Positions 27,443 through 37,364 of a DNA stretch of 64,000 nt are shown here, piece by piece; the stretch's first letter is position 1, and every line of letters begins with the position of its first letter. The stretch is from an uncultured Verrucomicrobiae bacterium. GTDB taxonomy: Bacteria; Chlamydiota; Chlamydiia; Chlamydiales; JAFEGQ01. Both the position numbers and the translations under genes were made by a program. A model generated the notes under the pieces. The model ran no database searches. It was not told the origin of the DNA and saw only the letters and a program-made list of their open reading frames with translations. Location: the NCBI GenBank assembly GCA_963739345.1, contig CAVUAA010000001.1, positions 10,356 through 74,355 of the forward strand. Direction: 5' to 3'.

Positions 27443-30217
27443 TCATACGGGTAAGATGTCGAGGTTCTTGCCTTCCTTTTCAAGCAGCTCTTTTCCTGCA
27501 AAGGCGACCACTGTTGCTCCTTCCATCTTTGGAGCGAGATGTTGCTCGACGGCGCGGGCGACATCGCCGCTCTCTACTGAGAGCAACTGTTCCCGATAGG
27601 CTTGCCGACGCTCGGGCGTCCGCCCGTCGCGCAACCGGGCCCACGCGACAGAAGCGCGGGAGCCTGGAGAGACTGGGCTGTCGAGCTTTTGCACCACTGT
27701 GAGCTTTGCCTCTTCGAGGTTGCGCGCAGAAAAGTTGCCAGCGATTACGTTATCGACTGCTCGGTCCATCGCCGCCAGCGATGAGGCGAGATGGGGATCG
27801 CGATAGCAGGTGAATGAGAAGCTTCCTGTTGCCGAGTTGAATCTAGCGTTGGCCCCATAGGCGCCGCCCTCCTCCCGAATTGCTTTGTGAAGAGTGTTGT
27901 GCTCGAAAAGCCGAGAGGCGACGTCGAGTGCTGGGGCATCGGGGTGAGTGTAGGGAACTGTTGTGGTCACCCTTGCGGTGAATGCAACAGGGGATGCGAT
28001 GATTCGCCCTTGTGAGATGGCCTCTGGAATTTCTGGTGGCACAAACGGAGTCGATGGCTTTTCTGGCCACGTTGGCAACATGCCCAAAATCTCCGACTTC
28101 ATCTCCGAGTCGCAGCCGAGTACGAGTTCTGCCCGACCTGCGCCAAGCAGCTGGTCAGCTAGAGCCACTAGCCTTTCAATCGTCCCGTCGACATTCTTTG
28201 CAGCTTTGCGCATTGCCTTAAGGTAGTCGAGTCCATACCACTGGCTGTAGATGGCTCCCGCCGCTGAGATCCCTCGACCCGCCTGGTTGATCGCATAGCG
28301 CATCGCATTGTGGACGAGTCCATTCTCCAAGCTTGAGAGGTGTTGCATCAGCAGCTCCTCCATTCGCGTCCGATCTGTTAAATGGGGCGAGGAGACCATG
28401 TCGTTAAAGAGGGGAAAGAGGTGATCCATGTTCCGCTTGAGCGCCTTCCCCTCAATCATCAGCGCCGGCCGGAGTCGATCGGGGTTGTCCGCTTGCGGGT
28501 GGAGACCCACACCAGCCCCCACATCTGCTGTGTAGAGCAACATGTGGTCAAGTGTATCCGCATAGCTCCGCCCTCCACATCCCACTTCCGGCAACACCGC
28601 TGCCAGCAGACGGGCGTAGGGGAGATCTTCTGCAGCGATATTCCCTAAATCAAAGACCAGGCTGGCGTCGACCACCTGATTGGTGAAGCAGGAGTGGGTG
28701 AAAATATTCCCCTGATCGACCTCCAAAGGAAATTCCCATCCCTTCTTGGGGACGTCGTCGAGTGTCACCTTCGGCAATACCTCAACGTCCCCCTCGTCGC
28801 CAAGTTTCTCAGGTCCCTCGGGAGGTCTCAGCGCCGCTTCTTCACGCGCGGCCCTCTCGGGGTCGGGACTCATCGTCAGTCGACACCAGTGGGGGTTGTT
28901 GAGCAAATATTTCCGGATGCAGGCGCTCACATCAAAACGACTTCTCAGCTCATCAAACAGCGCATGAATGTGGAGGCCATCTTCCGCCTCCCCACCGTGT
29001 AAAAGAAGAGGAGCAGTCCGTCGAAACAGTGTCAGTCCAAAGGGGGAGCTGTCGCCCAAAATCTCTGTCCGCCCAAATTCGATCTGGTGAATGGCGCCAT
29101 CGACTTGATCCTGCGTCAGTCCCGCTTCGGCAATTTTTTCCAACGTCTCCATGATCAGCTTCTCAAGCTCGTCAACTCTCTCTTCATCGCACCCCTTCAT
29201 CATCAGGATGAACGGCACATCGGCCGTCTCCGGGTCGACGAAGGCGTAGGCCTCCTTGCACAGCCCCGACTTGAGCAGCGCCAACTTCAGTGGGGAGGCG
29301 TCAGATCCCGTCAATGCCACATCGAGCACCACCAGCTCCAACGACTCGAGCGGCTCTAGTGGCGTCGTGCAGAGCCAGGAAATCAGCACATTGGTCCGCT
29401 CCTCTAGCTCATCGCCCGGCGCCACTGGATAGGTGTCGGCCACCCGAACTGGCTCCGTCCACCGCTTCTGATGAGCAATCGCCGGCAACGGCTCCAATCG
29501 AGCAGCATCCTTTAGCAGCCGCTCTTCCAAATAGTCCAAATGCTGCTGGAGGGGCAGATTGCCGTAGAAGTAGAAGAGGCAGCGGCTCGGCGCATAGTTT
29601 TCTCGATGAAATTCGCGTAGTCCTTCCCAGGTCAAATCGGGGATCTCACTCGGATCACCCCCTGAGTTGAATCGGTAGTTGGTGTCCGGATAGAGCAGCT
29701 CGCTCAACCGGTGCCACCCTCTAGCATCGGCCGACGCCAACGCCCCTTTCATCTCATTGAAGACGATCTTCCGCTCCTGCAGAAAGCTCCCCTCTTCCAA
29801 CTTAGGAAAAAACACAGCATCCACATAGACATCGAGCAGGTTGTAGAAGTCCTTTTCCACCTGCGACGCCGCCGGATAGAAGGTCATGTCGTCGCCCGTC
29901 ATCGCATTCATGAATGTGTTCAGAGACCGCCGAATCATGCTAAAAAACGGATCGCGCACCGGATACTTCTTCGACCCGCACAGCACCGTGTGTTCCAGAA
30001 TATGTGGAACGCCATCCGAGCTCTCCGGCACCGTCCGGAACCCCAGACAGAACACATTCTCCGGATCATCATTTCCAATGTGCAATACTTGCGCGCCGCT
30101 TCCCACGTGCCTCAACTGCGTCATCACGCAGTCCAGCTCCCCGATCTCAACCCGCTTTTCAACTTCAAATACCATACGGGCAATGATAGGGGATGGATCT
30201 ATCTTCGTCCAGCTCAT
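27443..30217 (-). CDS. M16C insulinase-family metalloprotease (PreP-like, 924 aa)
   Basis: Inverted zinc motif HILEHTVLCGSKKYPVRDPFF (HxxEH). Length and layout of presequence-protease-like enzymes. Confidence 0.85.
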   Translation of the reverse strand: MSWTKIDPSPIIARMVFEVEKRVEIGELDCVMTQLRHVGSGAQVLHIGNDDPENVFCLGFRTVPESSDGVPHILEHTVLCGSKKYPVRDPFFSMIRRSLNTFMNAMTGDDMTFYPAASQVEKDFYNLLDVYVDAVFFPKLEEGSFLQERKIVFNEMKGALASADARGWHRLSELLYPDTNYRFNSGGDPSEIPDLTWEGLREFHRENYAPSRCLFYFYGNLPLQQHLDYLEERLLKDAARLEPLPAIAHQKRWTEPVRVADTYPVAPGDELEERTNVLISWLCTTPLEPLESLELVVLDVALTGSDASPLKLALLKSGLCKEAYAFVDPETADVPFILMMKGCDEERVDELEKLIMETLEKIAEAGLTQDQVDGAIHQIEFGRTEILGDSSPFGLTLFRRTAPLLLHGGEAEDGLHIHALFDELRSRFDVSACIRKYLLNNPHWCRLTMSPDPERAAREEAALRPPEGPEKLGDEGDVEVLPKVTLDDVPKKGWEFPLEVDQGNIFTHSCFTNQVVDASLVFDLGNIAAEDLPYARLLAAVLPEVGCGGRSYADTLDHMLLYTADVGAGVGLHPQADNPDRLRPALMIEGKALKRNMDHLFPLFNDMVSSPHLTDRTRMEELLMQHLSSLENGLVHNAMRYAINQAGRGISAAGAIYSQWYGLDYLKAMRKAAKNVDGTIERLVALADQLLGAGRAELVLGCDSEMKSEILGMLPTWPEKPSTPFVPPEIPEAISQGRIIASPVAFTARVTTTVPYTHPDAPALDVASRLFEHNTLHKAIREEGGAYGANARFNSATGSFSFTCYRDPHLASSLAAMDRAVDNVIAGNFSARNLEEAKLTVVQKLDSPVSPGSRASVAWARLRDGRTPERRQAYREQLLSVESGDVARAVEQHLAPKMEGATVVAFAGKELLEKEGKNLDILPV

Positions 30218-30432
30218 TGGGAGGGGTCGTGAACCGAAACGAAGCGACCCTTGCCGTAGGCAAGCAGCAGTCGGTCGGCTGGATCCCCGTGTCCATTGTC
30301 GGGTAACCGGGTGTTCTGAATCGCAATTCGGGGTGAGATCGGGGCGAGGGTGATCCCCGGAGCCCGGAGCATCTTCTCGACCCAGTCCAGTGGATCCATT
30401 GCGAGCTCAATCCGCTTTTTTTCGGATAGCAT
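30214..30432 (-). pseudogene. C-terminal remnant of a PIN-domain (VapC-like) toxin
   Basis: ..GITLAPISPRIAIQNTRLPDNGHGDPADRLLLAYGKGR resembles the LPxHHxDPFDRxLIAQA end of PIN toxins. The N-terminal ~55 aa are missing. An in-frame stop lies upstream at 30457..30459. The stop overlaps the PreP start (ATGA). Confidence 0.4.
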
Positions 30433-30845
30433 CCCAACTTCCCATGTAAACAGGGGTCAGGCCTGACATTTGGACATTAGCCAATGCGACTTTTCACAAT
30501 TTGGGGCCTGGCCCTGAGCATTACCCACATCTCACAAGCTTGTTGAATATTTCTGCGCCTAATACCATGTCCTGCAATCGGTTATAACCTTCCCAAATCG
30601 TTAGCCAACCAGGGTCCCCATCCCCTTTTCGAGCGAGAAAACCCCCAAGCCTAGCCACGCAAACCCAAAACTCTCGAAGAGTCGGATTTTTGAGGCGGTA
30701 GTAGGCTGAAACTAGCTGTAGCATCCGACTATCCACTCGCTCAATTGCAGGTACGTTAGGCTCCAACCGTGCCCACTGCCGCAGGGCCAATAGCTGTGTC
30801 GCAATCACTCCTAGAAAACCAAGAAGAACTAGAATCCGGCCTGCG

Positions 30846-32003
30846 ACCCAGATTGCTACCCTGACTCGGCTTAAGGGCTAGCGAAGTGGTTCAGATACGA
30901 CCGGAACGCCGACGGCAAGGGTACTCCCTTGCCGAGAAGTTCCGGGAAGTAGATGGGCCGCTGCAGCAGCCCTTAAGCCGAGCCAATTTTCTTAAGTGAC
31001 TCGAGAGAGACTGTAGGCCAGGATAGCACTCATGATCCGGATGGAAAATCCAAGTGCAGTGGAGGCTCGAATGCTACGAGGTAGCAGTCCCGTGATGCAG
31101 CTAAACGCTGTCTCCACGATTTGTCTTCGACTACTAATCGCCTTCTCTGCCTCTTCCGTTCGCTTTCTTGTCGAATTCGGATGCTTTCTTCTGGCGAGAA
31201 GCTCGATGGAAGAATCCTCTGCAAGAACGTCTTCGAGGTCATAGCAATTGTAGGCTCCGTCAGCATAGAGCTTCGATTGTGGTGGGAGATCAAGCTCCAT
31301 CTTCCATAAGACAGCAACGTCATTTCTGCATGCTGGCTCCATCGCCACCTCAACTGGTTCTCCCGCACATGTCACAACCATATGAACCTTAATGCCGCAG
31401 AAATATTTCTGTTTCGACGGAGCGTAGCCGATGTATTCCTTGCCGAGGAAGAACTTCCGTCGATCAATCCGCTGCTTCTTGCAGCACTCCACTGGAAAAC
31501 TGTCCACAGCGTACTCAGACGAGGAGTTAGTCTTCCTGAATATCAGAGCTAGAAAGCGAAATACTGCCGTCCATATTGGCCATGGAATTTTGTGCAGACG
31601 ACGATTGAGCCGGCTCTCACTCAAAAGATTGGGGAAGTAGCGAGATTGGCGGCAAAACCAGCAGGTTTTGCGATGGTTCCCACCAAATAGTTGCCCGGAC
31701 ATGATCGAGAACGTGATGATTTCAGCTGTGCTCATTCGAGCTTGCCGGTCATCTTCAAATCCCATAGCTTTAATGACTTCATCGCAAACGACGTAGGTGA
31801 TAATGATTTGCATGTCCATGTGCCTTCTCCTTTTTGGGGCATTCAAAAAGAAAAAATATACACGGTTTACCACAGGACTTCAGTGTTGCACTCATCTGCC
31901 ACGTATCAGCTCTTGGCAAGGGAGTACCCTTGCCGGCGAGCTGCTACGCGACATCTAAGCACAACACTGAAGTCCTGTGGCAAATCAGGGTAGCAATCTG
32001 GGT
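30846..32003 (-). mobile_element. IS982-family insertion sequence with 5-bp target-site duplication
   Basis: Terminal IRs acccagattgctaccctga (30846..30864) and tcagggtagcaatctgggt (31985..32003). Direct repeat ctgcg at 30841..30845 and 32004..32008. Confidence 0.85.
30992..31819 (-). CDS. IS982-family transposase
   Basis: MDMQIIITYVVCDEVIK..LLSESRLNRRLHKI..AVDSFPVECCKKQRIDRRKF..GYAPSKQKYFCGIKVHMVV..LYADGAYNCYDLE (DDE layout, SR(F/L)NRRLH motif). Confidence 0.8.
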   Translation of the reverse strand: MDMQIIITYVVCDEVIKAMGFEDDRQARMSTAEIITFSIMSGQLFGGNHRKTCWFCRQSRYFPNLLSESRLNRRLHKIPWPIWTAVFRFLALIFRKTNSSSEYAVDSFPVECCKKQRIDRRKFFLGKEYIGYAPSKQKYFCGIKVHMVVTCAGEPVEVAMEPACRNDVAVLWKMELDLPPQSKLYADGAYNCYDLEDVLAEDSSIELLARRKHPNSTRKRTEEAEKAISSRRQIVETAFSCITGLLPRSIRASTALGFSIRIMSAILAYSLSRVT

Positions 32004-33321
32004 CTGCGTATTTCAGCTGACTTTCTTCGATCCTGCATCCGGTTTTCAGCGCTTTGTGATAGTCCTCTATCAGCCAACGGCGACGGTATATTTCCATGAT
32101 GCGGAGCGCATCGTCTGCCGATTCAATCGGCAGACTAGTAGTGACTATCCATTCAAGTTTGGGCCTTTTTGGGCAGTGCACGCGAACAAAAGAAAAACAG
32201 GCTGTCTCCTTGGTACGCGCGGTAGCTGGCGGTGGGATTGCTGCGTTTCCCCAAGACAAAACTAGCTCCGCTTCTCCAGAGAATTCCTCGGCATTTCGTG
32301 CTCGTAAGTACATCGTGGTCGATCCGCCGGCTGTTAGCCGGCGGATCCAGTCAAATAGCCTATCGCGCTTGCCATCGACTACGATGTGACGGTTGTACTT
32401 CGCTCTCACGACAAAATCCCATCCTAGCTCCTTCGCTCCACACATAAAGTCATGGATGTCACTTCCCCGATCACCCACTGTGATCCATTCCGACTTCGGT
32501 GGTGGACTCCCGATTTTTTTGAGAGTTTCGAGCCACACGTGCGACTCATTCCTCTTCTTTTTCGACGCCTCGTCTCTGACCCATACCGTCTGAGACGCCA
32601 ATCCCAATACATCTGTCTGTCCCTGATCAAAACGAACAGCTAGGCAAGTGTGCATCATGAGCCCTTGACCCGACGCGTCTGCGGTCGGGCCAAGGCCATT
32701 GATGCAGGGCTGAGAGTTATACAGGAGCTCAGAGCCATCCTGGACGAACAGAACCGCATCTTCGCCTTTCTTAGCCTGTTTGATTACCTCTTCGTAGTGC
32801 GGTTTCTGAATGTCTTGGTGAGATGCATTTTCAGAAGCACAGAGTCGGTAAGCAGCCTTCACCCCCGACCACTCATCGAACGCTCTAGCAATAGGTCGAC
32901 GAGGATTTCTCGCTAGCGCCTTTGCCACTCTGATAGCGCGTTTGTTTAGACGGACATCTCCGAGATTGATGTTATGCCACTGACGTTTGACCCATGCTGT
33001 ATCCATTGATTCCTCCCTAGCAGTGTTGGTGGAGCAACAAGGATATGTCAACTTTCTAGTTGTCTGCACATCCGTAAGGCTTTCGAGAAAACCTTCACTA
33101 GAAAAGATCTCTTAGGTTGTTGGTTGCTAACGCATTACGTCGGTTTTCGAAAAAGATGTGGGTAATGCTCAGGGCCTGGCCCCAAATTGTGAAAAGTCGA
33201 CAAGTCAGCGTTCCAATCCTCCGCGATAGAAGCGGTTAGGTCGCTTCATGGTTCCGACGAGAGTTGGGGGCTGCTCCTCCGTCATGAAACGGGCTGGAGG
33301 AACTGTGTTGCAGAACTAGAT

Positions 33322-33621
33322 TCAGATTTCATGGGTGAGCACTATGTAGGGAGGATCAGCGAGATACTCCTCGAAAATTGCATTGGCTTCGTAGTGTTTA
33401 GGGTGATTCATGAAGATGTCTAGCGCGCTTCTATCTTCAAAAATCATCTCAATACCGACGCTGGATATGTCTTCTGGGACGTATCTGCTGTCATTCGGAA
33501 AGACTTGATAGCTGACGATTCCGGGAATCTGATCCAAAAGAGGCCTGATGCCCTCTAAAAGAGCAGGGTAGTCGTCGTGGAGAGTTTTTTGAAAATAGAG
33601 GATGATAATGTGTCGTATCAT
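33322..33621 (-). CDS. Dabb (stress-responsive alpha/beta-barrel) domain protein
   Basis: MIRHIIILYFQKTLHDDYPALLEGIRPLLDQIPGIVSYQVFPNDSRY..FEDRSALDIFMNHPKHYEA. Confidence 0.7.
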   Translation of the reverse strand: MIRHIIILYFQKTLHDDYPALLEGIRPLLDQIPGIVSYQVFPNDSRYVPEDISSVGIEMIFEDRSALDIFMNHPKHYEANAIFEEYLADPPYIVLTHEI

Positions 33622-33629
33622 GAAGTTCT

Positions 33630-36600
33630 CTAGCGGAGGGTAATGGTGCAGGGGTCGCCGTTCACTTCCCAATCGTCCCCTGAGTTGGGGGCGAAAGTGA
33701 CCGAAGTGGCGAGTAGCTCGTTTTGGATGTAATCGGCGTGTGCGTCGAAGGCGGCGCGGACGCGGTCGGTGGTGTCGATGGTGAGGGCGATGCGGGCGGT
33801 GTAGTCGAGGCCTGCTTCTTTTCGCATGGTGCTCACTCGGTTGACGAGCTCCCGTGCTATCCCTTCTAGAAGGAGTGCGTCGGTGATTTGGGTGTCGAGG
33901 ATGACGGTGATCGCCCCCTCGTTGGCCGCTTGGAGACCTTCTCGCACTTCTCTTTCTACTTCGACATCTTCTGAGGTGAGCTCGATGGTTTCGCCTTGAA
34001 CGGTGATGGTGACTGTTTGGCCCGATTGAAGAGCAGAGAGTTTGGCAGCGTCAAAGGTGGCGATTTCTTGTTGGACGGGGCGCATCAGTTTGCCCACCTT
34101 TTTGCCAAGGATCCGGAAGTTGGGTTTGGCGATCAGTTGGACGAACTGGGTCTCATCGGAGGTGAACTTCACCTCCTTGACGTTGAGTTCGGTGGCGATG
34201 AGGTGGGCCTGGGCGGAGAGGTCGATCTCACTTGCAATATGCACGGCAGGGAGTGGCTGGCGCACCTTCATTTTATGCTGCTTGCGCAAGCCGTGACCGA
34301 GGCGGGTGACTGTTTGCACAGCTTCCATTTGTGTTTCGAGGGTGGTGTCGCGGAGCGAAGCGTCAGAGGTGGGAAAGTTGGCGAGGTGGACCGATTCTGG
34401 ATTTCCAAGGCGGCGGTAGATCGCATCGGAGAGGAAGGGGATGAAGGGGGCGGCCACCTTGAGAAGAGCGACGAGGGTGGTGTGGAGGGTCCAGAAGGCT
34501 GCAGAGTCCTCTTCCCAGAAGCGGCGCCGGTTGAGGCGGATGTACCAGTTGGTCAGCTGGTCAATGATGCCAACAAACGGATCGACGGCGGCGTAGAGGT
34601 CGTAGTTGTCCATCCCTGTTTCTACGTCGTGGATTAGCTTTTGGAGGCGGGAGAGCATCCACCGATCGATCTCGGAGAGTTTGGGTTGGGGGCCCGGTTC
34701 CCACTTGGCGATGTTGGCGTAGGTGGTGAAGAAGGTGTAGGCGTTCCAGAGGGGGAGGAGAACCTGTCGCATGACTGTTTCAACACCAGCTTCGGAGAAG
34801 CGGATGTCGTCTGCCTTCACCGCTCCTGAGTGGAGGAGGTAGAGGCGGATCGCGTCGGCCCCATATTTGCCCACTACTTCCATCGGATCAGGGTAGTTGC
34901 GGAGCCGCTTGGACATTTTCACGCCATCTTTGGCCAGGACGATTCCGTTGACGATGATGTTCTTAAAGGCGGGCTCTTTGAACAGAAGGGTGGAGAGGAC
35001 AGTGAGTGTGTAGAACCACGCCCGCGTCTGATCGAGCCCTTCTGCAATGAAGTCGGCCGGATGGATCTTGTCGACTAGCTTTTGGTTCTCGAATGGATAG
35101 TGGTTTTGCGCGTAGGGCATGGAGCCCGACTCAAACCAGCAGTCGAGCACTTGCGGGATGCGGCGGAACGTTTTGCCATCCTTTTCAAACGTGAGGTGAT
35201 CGATGTGGTGGCGGTGGATGTCGGTCACCTTTTCGCCCGTCAGCTTTTCCAGTTCCGCGATCGATCCGAGGCAGATGAGTTCGCCGTCGTCGGAGCGCCA
35301 GATGGGGATTGGCGTTCCCCAGAATCGATTGCGTGAGACGTTCCAGTCGCGCGCTTGAGCTAGCCACTTTCCAAAACGGCCATGCTTGATGTGGGCGGGC
35401 GTCCAATGAATTTTCTCATTTGCTTCGAGCAGTTGATCACGGATCCCTTCCACCTTGATCAGCCAGGAGCTGACCGCTTTGTAGATGAGCGGCGTCTCGG
35501 TGCGGGGGCAGAACGGGTAGCGGTGATTAATGGTCGCCTGCTTATAGAGCTGACCCATTCCTTTGATCCGTTTGGCGATGTCCCGGTCGGTCTCTTTGAC
35601 GTGCTGTCCCGCATAGTCGGGCACCTCTGTGGTGAAGAGGCCGTTGTCGTCGACCGGGCAGACTAGATCGATCCCTGCCTCTTTTGCGGCGAAGAAGTCC
35701 ACCTCCCCAAATGCAGGCGCTGTGTGGACGATTCCCGTTCCGTCGCTTGTTGAAACATGGTCGCCTGCAATCACTCTGAAGGCGTCGTGGTCGGCAAAAT
35801 AGTCGAAGAGAGGACGATATTTTTTCCCAACCAGCGTTTCACCTTTGAACCGCTCGAGAATCTCAAACTCGCCGTAGGCGTGCAATCGCTCTTCGGCCAA
35901 AATAACCAGTCGCCCATCGTGGTCACGTACCTTGACGTAGTCCATTTCAGGACCCACCATCGCCGCTAAGTTGGAAACAAGCGTCCACGGCGTCGTCGTC
36001 CAGATGAGCAACGAAACATCGGGTTCATCAACGAGTGGCAACATCACGGTGAGCGACGGGTCGTCCACTTGCTTGTAGTTTTCGCCCGCCTCGAAATTGG
36101 AGAGGGGAGTGCCGAGTGCTGTCGAAAACGGCATCACGCGGAATCCCTCGTAGACCATCTTCCGGTCGAACAGCTCCTTAAACGCCCACCAGACACTCTC
36201 CATGAATGGCGTGTCCATCGTGTGGTAGGTGTGATCGAAATCAACCCAGCGACCCATCCGCCCCACCACCTTCCGCCACTCTTCCGTGTAGCGGAGGACG
36301 ATCGTCCGGCACTCCTCGTTGAACTTCGCAATTCCAAACGCCTCAATGCTGGCGTTCCCACTCAAGTGAAGCCGCTTCTGTGTCTCATGCTCGATCGGAA
36401 TCCCGTGCGTGTCCCACCCAAAACGTCTAGGAGCGTAGAACCCCTTCATCGTTTTGTAGCGAGGGACCACGTCCTTGATCGTCCCCGCCAGTAAGTGCCC
36501 ATAATGGGGCAAACCGGTTGCAAACGGCGGCCCATCATAAACAGAGAAGTAGAGTCCTTCCTGTCGCTGCTCGAGCGACTTCTGGAAAACCCCTTCTTTC

Positions 36601-36665
36601 TCCCACTCTGCAAGGGTCTCCTCTTCGAGCTCCGGGAACTTAATCTTAGGCACTTCGGCAAACAT
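33630..36665 (-). CDS. ileS: Isoleucine--tRNA ligase, long eukaryote-like (type 2) form
   Basis: 1011 aa. PFATGLPHYGHLL (HIGH), GVKMSKRLRNYPDP (KMSKS), WFESGSMPYAQ. Confidence 0.95.
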   Translation of the reverse strand: MFAEVPKIKFPELEEETLAEWEKEGVFQKSLEQRQEGLYFSVYDGPPFATGLPHYGHLLAGTIKDVVPRYKTMKGFYAPRRFGWDTHGIPIEHETQKRLHLSGNASIEAFGIAKFNEECRTIVLRYTEEWRKVVGRMGRWVDFDHTYHTMDTPFMESVWWAFKELFDRKMVYEGFRVMPFSTALGTPLSNFEAGENYKQVDDPSLTVMLPLVDEPDVSLLIWTTTPWTLVSNLAAMVGPEMDYVKVRDHDGRLVILAEERLHAYGEFEILERFKGETLVGKKYRPLFDYFADHDAFRVIAGDHVSTSDGTGIVHTAPAFGEVDFFAAKEAGIDLVCPVDDNGLFTTEVPDYAGQHVKETDRDIAKRIKGMGQLYKQATINHRYPFCPRTETPLIYKAVSSWLIKVEGIRDQLLEANEKIHWTPAHIKHGRFGKWLAQARDWNVSRNRFWGTPIPIWRSDDGELICLGSIAELEKLTGEKVTDIHRHHIDHLTFEKDGKTFRRIPQVLDCWFESGSMPYAQNHYPFENQKLVDKIHPADFIAEGLDQTRAWFYTLTVLSTLLFKEPAFKNIIVNGIVLAKDGVKMSKRLRNYPDPMEVVGKYGADAIRLYLLHSGAVKADDIRFSEAGVETVMRQVLLPLWNAYTFFTTYANIAKWEPGPQPKLSEIDRWMLSRLQKLIHDVETGMDNYDLYAAVDPFVGIIDQLTNWYIRLNRRRFWEEDSAAFWTLHTTLVALLKVAAPFIPFLSDAIYRRLGNPESVHLANFPTSDASLRDTTLETQMEAVQTVTRLGHGLRKQHKMKVRQPLPAVHIASEIDLSAQAHLIATELNVKEVKFTSDETQFVQLIAKPNFRILGKKVGKLMRPVQQEIATFDAAKLSALQSGQTVTITVQGETIELTSEDVEVEREVREGLQAANEGAITVILDTQITDALLLEGIARELVNRVSTMRKEAGLDYTARIALTIDTTDRVRAAFDAHADYIQNELLATSVTFAPNSGDDWEVNGDPCTITLR

Positions 36666-36769
36666 GCCTCCTATTCTAGTCTCCTAACCCCTTCCCGTCC
36701 AGTGGCATATTCACCACTTGAATAAAATATTTTTTTAAGTTATAATTAATCTCAAAAGAGGAGAATCCC

Positions 36770-37288
36770 ATGATTAGAAAACTCATCACACTGGCTATAA
36801 GTCTCACAACCACAGTTTTTGCCATGCATGGCACTATGACTGACGACACCTATACCTCGCCTCGCGACCGCTTCACCGTTCAAGTTCCTTTCAGCGACCT
36901 CAAGGTTCAGGATGGGGATCGTGCTCCTGGCCTTGGCCACGATTCAGCCACCTTCACCCACACCTCTAAGCGTGGTGTTGGTCACCGGATTGAGTACATT
37001 GGCGCCCCCTTCTCTAGCGACGCCGAGTTCTTCACTCGCATGTCTGAGAATGCCGATTCACACACAGGCTCTGAGGCCAACAGTTCCGTTCAGTCGCGCG
37101 AGCGCCTTCATATCAATGGCCATGCTGCGTATCGCGTTACCATGAGTGGCGATCACGAGTCGGGCAAGATCACCGTCGTTGCCACGTATCTCCTCACAGA
37201 GGATGGCATGATCGCCACCTCCTCCTGGGCCCCCCAAGGCCAGGATCTCCTTCCCGAGCACGATGCTCTCCTCAGCACCCTGTCCTGA
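36770..37288 (+). CDS. Hypothetical secreted protein
   Basis: Signal-like MIRKLITLAISLTTTVFA. RBS aaagaggag upstream. No family recognised. Confidence 0.45.
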   Translation: MIRKLITLAISLTTTVFAMHGTMTDDTYTSPRDRFTVQVPFSDLKVQDGDRAPGLGHDSATFTHTSKRGVGHRIEYIGAPFSSDAEFFTRMSENADSHTGSEANSSVQSRERLHINGHAAYRVTMSGDHESGKITVVATYLLTEDGMIATSSWAPQGQDLLPEHDALLSTLS

Positions 37289-37330
37289 CTGTACCGATTG
37301 GGGCCAGGCCCCAATCGGTACAGTCTCTTG

Positions 37331-37359
37331 AAAAAAAAGGACGTTCCCGGAGGAACGCC
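37331..37359 (-). terminator. Rho-independent terminator of tmRNA
   Basis: On the minus strand, ggcgttcctccgggaacgtcc followed by T8. Confidence 0.7.
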
Positions 37360-37364
37360 CTGAA

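Larger units (their letters stand above)
30521..33006 (-). pseudogene. IS4/Tn5-like DDE transposase split by the nested IS
   Basis: 5' part MDTAWVKRQWHNINLGDVRLNKRAIRV..YRRRWLIEDYHKALKTGCRIEESQLKY (YREK signature). 3' part VIATQLLALRQW..LGGFLARKGDGDPGWLTIWEGYNRL. Removing 30846..32008 restores one continuous frame. Confidence 0.85.
30487..33199 (-). mobile_element. IS4-family (Tn5-like) insertion sequence, itself interrupted by an IS982-family element
   Basis: ~45-bp terminal IRs cgacttttcacaatttggggcctggccctgagcattacccacatc (30487..30531) and its complement at 33155..33199 (1 mismatch). No flanking target duplication seen. Confidence 0.8.

Noticed and set aside
33996-36494. The + strand ORFs inside ileS (33996..34637, 36069..36494 and others)
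   Set aside because: They are antisense to a 1011-aa intact ileS, carry no motifs and have odd composition. They are shadow ORFs.
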